Positions 36,852 through 45,933 of a DNA stretch of 45,933 nt are shown here, piece by piece. Source of the DNA: Octopus sinensis (Eukaryota); assembly GCF_006345805.1 (NCBI RefSeq), contig NW_021834667.1, forward strand, positions 1 through 45,933. Direction: 5' to 3'. Every line of letters starts with the position of its first letter. Position 1 is the stretch's first letter. The notes beneath the pieces were generated by a model. The model worked only from the letters and a program-made list of their open reading frames with translations. It did no database searches and was not told the origin of the DNA. The position numbers and the translations under genes are program-made.

Positions 36852-39800
36852 TCATCATCATCATCATCGTTTAACGTCTGTTCTCCATGCTAGCATGGGT
36901 TGGATGGCTCAACCGGGGATCTGGGAAGCCAGAAGGCTGCACCAGGCTCCGGTCTTATCTGGCAATGTTTCTACAGCTGGATGCCCTTCCTAACACCAAC
37001 CACTCCGTGAGTGTAGTGGGTGCTTTTTACGTGCCACCTGCACTGGAGCCAGGCGAGGCTGGCATCGGCCACGGTCGGATTGGTGCATTTTACGTGCCAC
37101 CGACACGGAAGCCAGTCGAGGCGGTGCTGGCATCGGCCACGATTTGGATAGTGCTTTTTACGTATCTCCAGTCCAGGGGTCCTGGCATCTGCCAGGTGCC
37201 AGTCATAGGATTCGTTCAATTTCGATTCTGATTTTGATTTCACTTGCCCCAACAGGTCTTCGCAAGCAAAGGTGCCTGTCGTCGGATGAGGTTTGATATT
37301 GACTTCGCTTGCCTCAACAGGTCTTTGTGTGTCCAAGGGAGGAAAGGCATGCATAAGTGGGCTGGACTCACTTGTCCTGCCTAGTCTTTTCACGCACAGC
37401 ATATTTCCAAAGGTCTCGGTCGCAGGTCATTTCCTCAGTGAGACCTAAAGTTCGAAGGTCGTGCTTCACCACCTCAGCCCAAGTTTTCCTGGGTCTACCT
37501 CTTCCACGGGTTCCCTCCCTCCACTGCTAGGGATTGGCACTTTTTCACACACCTATCTTCATCCATTCTCGCCACATGACCATACCAGCGCAATTGTCTC
37601 TCTTGCACATCACAACTGATGCTCCGTAAGTCCAACATTTCTCTCAGGGTACTAACGCTCTGTCGAGCATGCAAACTGACATTACACATCCATCGGAGCA
37701 TACTGGCTTCATTTCTCGCGAGCTTACGTATGTCCTCAGCAGTCACGGCCCATGTTTCACTGCCATGTAGCATGGCTGTTCGTACACATGCATCATACAG
37801 TCTGCCTTTTACTCTGAGCGAGAGGCCTTTAGTCACCAGCAGAGGTAAGAGCTCCCTAAACTTTGCCCAGGCTATTCTTACACTTTCACCACACCCACCC
37901 CCACTACTGACTTGGTCACCAAGATAACGGAAGCTATCAACTACTTCTAGTTTTTTCCCCTGGAAAGTGACGGAAGTTGTTTTCTGCAGATTTTCAGAGG
38001 TTAATGCTCCTGAGCATCTGCCACATACAAAAACTATCTTCCCAGTTAGCCTTCCTTTGACATTGCTGCACCTCTTATGTGTCCATAGCTTACACTGGGT
38101 ACATCTTATAGAGTTTCTACCTACACCTTTTCTACAGATCGAGCAGGGCCATCTTCCTGAAGACATTTGTGGATTTTCTACCTTCCTACTTATTAGTACT
38201 TTGGTTTTAGCTAGGTTGACTCTAAGGCCCCTCGATTCAAGACCCTCCTTCCACACCTGGAACTTCTCCTCCAGTTCTGATAGTGACTCAGCAATTATAG
38301 CAAGGTCGTCAGCATATAGGAGCTCCCAGGGGCAACCTGTCTTGAATTCCTCTGTAATTGCCTGGAGGACTATGATAAATAGGAGGGGGCTGAGTACTGA
38401 ACCCTGGTGGACCCCAACCTCTACTTTGAATTCTTCTGTGTACATGTTGCCAACCCTAACCTTACTTACGGCATCCCTGTACATGGCTTGCACAGCCCTC
38501 ACCAGCCATTCATCTATCCCTAGTTTCCTCATTGACAACCAGATAAGGGATCGGGGGACCCTGTCAAAGGCTTCTCCATGTCAACGAAAGCCAGGTACAG
38601 GGCCTTATCTTTTGCTAGATATTTCTCCTGCAGCTGTCTCACCAGAAATATGGCATCAGTGGTGCTTTTCCCTGGCATGAAACCAAACTGCATCTCGTCA
38701 AAGTTGACTCTCTCCCTAATCAGTTGGGCTATGACCCTCTCTGTAACCTTCATTACCTGATCCAACAGCTTGATACCTCTGTAATTATTTGTATCTAGGG
38801 CATCTCCTTTACCTTTGTAACAGTTGACTAGTATGCTGCTACACCAGTCATTGGGTTTGACCCCTTCGTGTATCACCTGGTTAACTATACGGGTGAGTAG
38901 GTTATAGCCGACACTGCCAGATATTTTGAGCATCTCTGCAGTAATTCCTGATGGGCCTGGGGCTTTCCTTGTCTTCATGCTTCTAATTGCCTTAACTACC
39001 TTGGACTGTCAACTTGGATGGCTGGTCCCTCTGTTGGGTTGACATTTGGCAGACTCTCTTTATCCCATTCATTTTCTTTATTCAGCAACCTTTCATAGTG
39101 GCATCTCCAAACCTCTCTCTTTGCATCCTCATTTAGCGCAAGTGAACCATCATCCATGCGGACACATTTCTCTCCTACCACATCACGATTCTCTCTCACA
39201 CACTGTCTTGCAACACGAAATACCTCAAGTCTTTCATCCTCACGGCGCAGAACATTGGCAAATTTTTTCTTATCCGCTTCCCCTCTGGCTAAATACACCT
39301 GTCTCCTAGCTTCCCTTCTGGCTGTCTGATACAATTCCCTGCTACCACCGTTCTTCCACTCCCTCCAAGCCTGTTTCTTTTGTCTAATAGCCCTGTTAAC
39401 CACCTTGTTCCACCACCACGTTACTCTGGGTCGAGATGGGACTTTGCTCCATCCACAGATCTGGTCAGTGGCTGTCAGCAGATTGTCCCGTAGAAATCTC
39501 CAGTTGTCTTCCACATTAAGTGAAGCTATATCCCCTTCTATTTCGTCAAAGGCTTCGAGTAGTATGTCTCTAAATCTCTGTCCATTTGCAGGATCCTTAA
39601 GCTTCCAGACCCTTCTCCTCCAAGCTGGTCTTCTTCTGGGCAACCATTTAGCTCTGATCCTGAAGTCGCTAACTACTAATCTATGTTGAGGAGTACATTC
39701 TTCGCCTGGAAAGGTTTTGGCATTTATAAGCAGCCCTCTTTCCCTCTTTCTGGCGAGGACGTAGTCAATCTGACTAGTGTGTCTGCCAGAACGGTAGGTG

Positions 39801-40255
39801 ACTAGGTGAGAGGTGGGTTTCCTGAAGTTGGTATTGCAAACCATAAGGTCATTTGCATCGCAGAACTCCAGCAGCCTGGTTCCCTCCTCATTTCGAGAGC
39901 CAAAACCGTAGCCTCCATGAACGCCATGGAAGCCCCCGACATGCCGTCCAACATGTCCATTGAAATCACCTGCCACAAAGAGAAGGTCACTGTCATTTGT
40001 CAACGAGGTAGTCTGCAATAGGGTGTCGTAGAATTGGTCTTTCTGCCCTTCCGGTAGCCCTGGTTGAGGGGCATATGCCGAGATGATGGTAGCTGACCTA
40101 TGGTGAAGCACTAATCTAATCTTAAGTACTCTATCACTTACTCTGACTACCTCGATTACCTTATCTACCCATTTCTCCGCAAGAAGTATACCCACGCCCC
40201 CGACCCCGTCTGTGTTCCCTGCCCAGAAAATCTTGTACCTGTGTTCCTTGCCTGT
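36852..40255 (-). mobile_element. RTE-clade LINE, ~3.4 kb, truncated within the endonuclease N-terminus
   Basis: Single-ORF layout endonuclease then RT, 3' UTR with ~60-bp units, (GAT)n tail at 36852. Confidence 0.95.
37368..40255 (-). pseudogene. RTE ORF (APE endonuclease + RT with inserted PHD-type finger), broken by about three frameshifts
   Basis: ISAYAPQ, GDFNGHVG, SQIDYVL (APE); KAPGPSG, NYRGIKLL, AFVDMEK, GVHQGSVLSPLLF, LLYADDL, FRYLG (RT); stop TGA at 37368-37370. Confidence 0.9.
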
Positions 40256-40259
40256 ATAT

Positions 40260-41786
40260 ATCATCATCATCATTATCATCATTTAATGACCGCTTTCCAT
40301 GCTGGCATGGGTTGGACGGTTTCACTGAGGACTGGCGAGCCATATGGCTGCACCAGGCTCCAATCTGATCTGGCAAAGTTTCTACAGCTAGATGCCCTTC
40401 CTAATGCCAACCACTCCGAGAGGGCCAGTCAGGCAGTACTGGCAATGTTCAAATGGTGTTTTTATGTGCCACTTGCACAGGAGCCAGTCCAGTGGCACTG
40501 GTAACGACCTCGCTCAAACGTTTTTCCTGTGCCACGGGCACAAGTGCCAGTAAGGCGATGCTGGTAATGATCACGCTTGGATGGTGCTTTTTACGTGCCA
40601 CCGGCACAGGAGCCAGTCAGCGGCCCTGGCAACAATCATGCTCAGATGGTGTTCTTAGCGCTCCACTAGCATGGATGCCAGTCATGCAGTGCTGTCATCG
40701 AATTTGATTTTGATTTCACTTGCCTCAACAGGTCTTTGCAAGCAGAGTTGAGTGTCCAATGAAGGAAAAGTACGCATAAGTGGGCTGGTTACACCACTGG
40801 CATAGGCCACGAGTTATGGTCTCACTTAAGCTTGCTGGGTCTTCTCAAGCACAGCATATTTCCAAAGGTCTCGGTCACTAATCACTGCCTTGGTGAGGCC
40901 TAATGTTCAAAGTCATGCTTCACCACCTCTCCCAGGTCTACCTTTTCCACAGGTACCCTCAACCACTAGGGTGTGATACTTCTTCACACAGCTATCCTCA
41001 TCCATTCTCACCACATAACCATACCAGCACAGTCATCTCTCTTGCACACCACATCTGATGCTTCTTAGGTCCAACTTTTCTCTCAAGGTACTTACACTCT
41101 GTCAAGTATGCACACTGACATTACACATCTATCGGAGCATACTAGCTTTGTTCCTTGCAAGTTTATGTATGTCCTCTGCAGTCACGACCCATGTTTCACT
41201 GCCATGTAGCATGGCCATTCATACACATGCGTCATACAGTCTACCTTTTACTCTGAGCGAGAGGCCCTTTGTCACCAGCAGAGGTGGGAGCTCTCTGAAC
41301 TTTGCCCAGGTTATACTTATTCTAGTAGGTACACTTTCAGAGCATCCACCCCAGCTACTGACTTGGTCACATAGGTAATGGAAGCTATCAATGACTTGTA
41401 GTTTTTCTCCCTGGAATGTGGCGGAAGTTGTTCTCTGCACATTTTCAGTGTTTATTGCTCCTGAGCATCTGCCACATATAAAAGCTATCTTCTCAGTCAG
41501 CCTTCTTTTGATATTGCTGCACCTTTTATGTGTCCATAGCTTACACTGGGTACATCTTATAGAGTTTCTACCTATGCCTTTTCTACAGATTTAGCAGGGC
41601 CATCTACCTGAAGGGATTTGTGGTTTGTCTGCCTTCCTACTTATTAGGAAGCCAGGTTTTAGCTAGGTTGACTCTTAGGCCCTTCGATTGTAATCCTTGT
41701 TTCCACACCTGAAACTTCTCCTCTAGTTCTGATAGTGACTCAGCAATTAGAGCAAGGTCATCAGCACAGAGGAGCTTCCAGGGGCA
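40260..41786 (-). mobile_element. RTE LINE 3' fragment, diverged
   Basis: (CAT)n tail at 40260, 3' UTR, C-terminal ORF region and PHD-like region up to the CPW.LL.ADD segment. Confidence 0.9.
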
Positions 41787-41814
41787 TTATATATATATAC
41801 ACACACATTATATA

Positions 41815-42923
41815 TTGGGTTGTCCGGAAAGTTTGTGCAGATTTATAGTAGCTTACCTTTCGACTTATTTTAGAACAGTATTGAGTCCATAAAATAGGAT
41901 TTGACTACACCTCCATTTAGAGCACAGTTTAAGCTATCTTTTCGTCAAAGAAGGTTTATGTTCCTATAAGCTGTGTTAATTCTGTAACCCTTTAAAATGG
42001 AAGATAAGAAAGTTCATTTTCGGCACTTGATGCTTTTCTTTTTCTGTAAAGGGAAAAATGCCTCACAAGCAACCAAAGAAATATGCGCAGTTTACGGTGA
42101 TGTTTCTTTATCCAAAAGAACTGTACGGAAGTGGTTTGCAAGGTTCCAAGCTGGAGATTGTAGCCTTATTGATAAAGAGCGATCAGGCAGACCATCCGCT
42201 ACAGATGATGACCAAATCAAGTCATTAATTGAGAATAACCCACATTGCACAACCCGAGAATTGGCAGAAAGCCTCAACTTATCAAAATTCGTCGTTCATG
42301 AGCACCTGGTAAAGCTTGGGTACACAAATTGCTACGATGTTTGGGTACCACATGAGTTGGATCGCATTTCCATCTGTGATTCACTTTATAAATGGAATGA
42401 AAACAAGCCTTTTTTAAAGCAAATTGTGACAGGTGATGAGAAATGGATTATCTACCGAAATGTTCAGAGAAAGTGATCCTGGAGTAAGCACAACTGGACG
42501 AGTTAAAAACAGCAATTCAAGAGAAACGTCCAGAATTGACCAACAGGAAGGGTGTTGTTTTCCAACCGCATATTTCTTAGGCAACCAGACAAAAATTGCT
42601 GCAGCTCAGCTGGGATGTGTTACCCCACCCTCCAATTTCACCAGATATTGCTTCTTTGGATTTCTACTTATTCATGTCTCTGCAGAATAGTCTTAATGGT
42701 AAAAATTTCAATTCTTTGGATGACGTAAAAAGATACCTTGATGAATTCTTTGCCATGAAACCACCTCAGTTCTGGGAAGAGGGTATTTTCAAGTTAAAAG
42801 AAAGATGGAGACGGATTATGCAACAAAATGGTTCATATTTAGTTGATTAAAAATGTAATGGCAAGTATTTATTGACCTTTTTCTTTCCTTTAAAAATCAG
42901 CACAAACTTTCCGGACAACCTAA
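41815..42923 (+). mobile_element. Mariner (Tc1/mariner) transposon, both TIRs present, internally deleted
   Basis: TIR TTGGGTTGTCCGGAAAGTTTGTGC / GCACAAACTTTCCGGACAACCTAA flanked by TA. Confidence 0.95.
41997..42850 (+). pseudogene. Mariner transposase pseudogene
   Basis: WVPHEL, VTGDEKWI and HPPISPDIASLDFYLF motifs; premature stop at 42474-42476; the HDNA second-aspartate region is deleted. Confidence 0.92.
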
Positions 42924-42945
42924 TATATACATATATCTGTGTGTG

Positions 42946-42983
<38 letters not shown>

Positions 42984-43511
42984 GATATTAAGGATTCAGA
43001 TAGAATCAGGTACTTGAAAAAATATGCACCAGGTCGGGTTAGATAAACCTGTGGTCACCACCTGTGGTTGCTAAATATCAAATAGGATACTCCAGTTGTG
43101 TACACAGAGAAAGCCAACCCTATGAGTATGGCTACCTGTACCTTTAAATATTTTAAGGACATTAAATAACCCCTATAATAGGTCTTAACCTAGAGCCAAT
43201 CAAATTTACTCCCTCTTCCGTTGACCCAAAAGTTTGCTTAATCATCTGAGTTCTTATATTCTCATTCTCCTTTTCCATTACTTCCTAACCACTCTTACTA
43301 TATAACCCAGTTAACATTATTCGCATAGTATGCGATATTGAAGGAACTAATCACTCCATTTGTGTTTTGTTTTTGGATTTGGTTTGCAAGATTCTTTATG
43401 TGAGTTTGAGTGTTGAAGCATGTTCTGTTGTGTCTGGGGAGAGTCATTTTCTTTTTGTGCCTTATAATTTAACACACTCACTTGTAAAATTTCCACTTAT
43501 TTCTTATTTTC

Positions 43512-43548
43512 CTAAAATTTTCGTTGTGTATTGCAACCTTTTCAATAG
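43512..43548 (-). ncRNA. Putative minimal hammerhead-ribozyme-like motif, U3-A8 core variant
   Basis: Minus strand reads CTA-TTGAAAA-G-GTTG-caataca-CAAC-GAA-AATT-T-TAG; same geometry as 7317-7367. Confidence 0.4.
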
Positions 43549-43699
43549 CTGTTATTTACACTGCGTTCCTTTTTGTTTGTTTGTGTGTTCCTTTTTGTTT
43601 GTTTGTGCACATGTGTGTGGGTCAGTGCATGCATATATTAATGTATGTGTGTATGTATGTATGTATGTTGTCTAATTTCTTTCTAGCCCCACATATATA

Positions 43700-43915
43700 C
43701 TCTAACCCTATCTTTCTGATCATATCCAGAGAGCTGCATGTTCTGTGTATGTTTTTTGTTTCATAGGGTTTGCATAGTGGGGACACATTGTTCATTATTC
43801 CAACTAAGTCTACTATCAGTATGTTAATTTTCATGTTGTGTGACAAAGCTGAGTTCTTGTGAACAACATATTTTGAAGCTATGGGTTTCATGTAATAGGA
43901 GTGGAGGAGCTGCAC
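43700..43915 (-). mobile_element. Probable Penelope-like element RT C-terminal remnant
   Basis: HSYYMKPIASKYVVHKNSALSHNMKINIL..DLV.IMNNVS resembles the Y.KP...S....K..I...L.R thumb region of Penelope-type RTs; judged by eye. Confidence 0.45.
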
Positions 43916-44672
43916 TCTATTTGTGGTTTACCTATTATGTGGTTTACACATAAGCGATTGTGATAATATTTAAGCTAAAAATCACAGCCTGCACACCCTA
44001 GCCAGCACTTTTCCAATTCTACCTTTATTTGTGCTGTGCAAGTTTAGTAATGAGGAACACACTATCCAAAGTTCTTACCCACGATTATTGGTCAGAGTTG
44101 CAGCACCTGATTCAAACAATGGTGATTATACTACCTAATTAAATGATATCAATGCCACCTATATAACATTCCAAATTGCTAATCAATAGACAACTGCCCA
44201 CTACCAGCTTACTTAGATATCCAATATGGTATTTCCTCTAACTCAGTATTAGGTGAAATTTATTATGTAACTCCTTTATTTCTTGAACTCCTTAATGAGG
44301 GGTAGTACACTACTATTCTACCAGGTATTTCCTGACACCTTATTTGTTACAGTAATAATTCCTTTCCAAGTGCACATCTCCTCATATTACAAGTGGCCTC
44401 CACTATCCCATATAACATATTTGTATCTGTATCAACATACTACATCTTTCTCTCCTTTACCAGATAAAATAATTGCACAAAACTCTACAATTCTACAATA
44501 GTTAAAACTAATAATTTAATTTCATTCATATCCTCCCCCACATTCAACCTATATCCACAGAATACCCCTAAATTCAATGGTATCTCTGCCTTCCTCTCTT
44601 TGATCTTTAGCCTTAACTAGTGAAACCTAAACCCCGATGCTATATCTAATTGGCTTTATTTACACACCTATA

Positions 44673-45561
44673 TTGGGTTGGCAAGAAAATAATTTCTTTT
44701 TTCACAAATAGATAGTTAACAATGTTTTTGAATGACTTTTGTCAATGTTATGATTTTTTTCCTGTTGATAGCTGTTACTTCTAGCTTACTTTAGAAGCAA
44801 ATTGCACGTAATTTTGTTTAAAGCTGTTAGTTCAGTGTCAATTTTAACATGGAGTGTAAAAACGGTCATTTTCGCCATATTTTACTTTTTTATTTCCGTA
44901 AAGGCAAGAAAGCTGTCGAGGCTCACAAAGAGATGTGTGAAGTTTATGGTGTTGATTGTTTAACAGAACACACATGTCAGAAATGGTTTTAAAAATTCCA
45001 TTCTGGAGATTTTTCACTCAAAGATGACCAACGTTCTGGTCGACCTACTGAAGTTGATGATGACTGAATCAAAGCCATAATTGAGTCTGATTGTCATATA
45101 ACTGTGCAAGCGATTGTAGAGCGGTTAAATGTATCACACTCAACAATTGAAAATCACTTAAAATGTCTTGGGCTCATTAAGAAACTCAATATTTGGGTTC
45201 CACATAAATTGAAAGAGATTCACTTAACACAATGAATCAATATTTGCAATATACATCACTAATGCAATGAAATCGACCTTTTTTTTTAAACGAATCATCA
45301 CTGGTGATGAAAAATGAATTGTCTACAATAACATCAATTGAAAACGATCACAGTCCAAGTGTAATGAATCAGCATAAAACATATCAAAAGCCAAACTGCA
45401 TAAAAAACAGGTCATACTGTCAATTTGGTGGGATTACAAAGGTGTTGTGCATTTTGAGCTGCTTCCAAGGAACCAAACGATCAATTCAAATGTTTACTGT
45501 CAACAACTAATGAAACTGGAGGAAGCAATCAAAGAAAAACAGTCAGAATTGGCAAATCGTA
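44673..45561 (+). mobile_element. Second mariner, 3'-truncated; transposase pseudogene from ATG 44849
   Basis: TA^TTGGGTTGG start; MECKNGHFRHILLFYFRKG, RSGRP, WVPHKL, TGDEK with several stops; no right TIR seen. Confidence 0.88.
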
Positions 45562-45857
45562 TAAAGCATAAATATCATATTACACCCTTTCACAAGCTAA
45601 ATTCTTAACCTAACTCCACCACTTCAGGCCCACAACTGCCAATTTTGTTACTTATTCTCTCATTTCATGGTACACCTCGACAGACTTCAGCTATGTTGCT
45701 GCTGTATTTTCTTCATAAATTCTTTTGTTTTTAAAATTATGCTTCATCTGATGATTATGGTTTTTGTAATGAAGTAATGATTGTATATTCTATTTAAAAA
45801 TGCATACGAAACATTTGTAATGAGCTGACAATTAACCATCATATGTTATTATACATT

Positions 45858-45918
<61 letters not shown>

Positions 45919-45933
45919 ATATATATATATATG

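Noticed and set aside
37619-39689. Plus-strand ORFs overlapping the RTE
   Set aside because: Antisense shadows of the RT/endonuclease ORF with no recognisable motifs.
38996-40282. 428-aa ORF starting MMIMMMM as an intact gene
   Set aside because: The start comes from the neighbouring copy's (GAT)n tail; the real endonuclease N-terminus is missing.

Overview
Eukaryotic, AT-rich, repeat-dominated animal DNA. The repeat families and long (TA)n tracts resemble an octopus/coleoid cephalopod genome, which is an inference from recognition, not a database result. The only host gene I can support is the last two coding exons of a SPRYD3-like gene on the + strand (25549-25721 and 33864-33998). The rest is intron or intergenic DNA filled with: RTE-clade LINE copies (one about 3.4 kb with endonuclease and RT), CR1/L2-group LINE copies, a tRNA-like SINE that shares its 3' tail with that LINE, non-autonomous Helitron-like elements, two decayed mariner transposons, a probable Penelope-like remnant and noisy (TA)n microsatellites. 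Most of the ORF track is microsatellite translation or antisense shadow ORFs. The most interesting signals are (i) two minimal hammerhead-ribozyme-like motifs with swapped 3-8 core pairs (G3-C8 and U3-A8), one inside a 240-bp palindrome and one beside a Penelope-like RT remnant, (ii) a C4HC3 PHD-type finger inserted inside the RT domain of the RTE family, (iii) a variable-copy structured 61-bp array in the RTE 3' UTR, and (iv) a SINE/LINE partner pair. Repeat boundaries were read by eye and are approximate to within a few bases.
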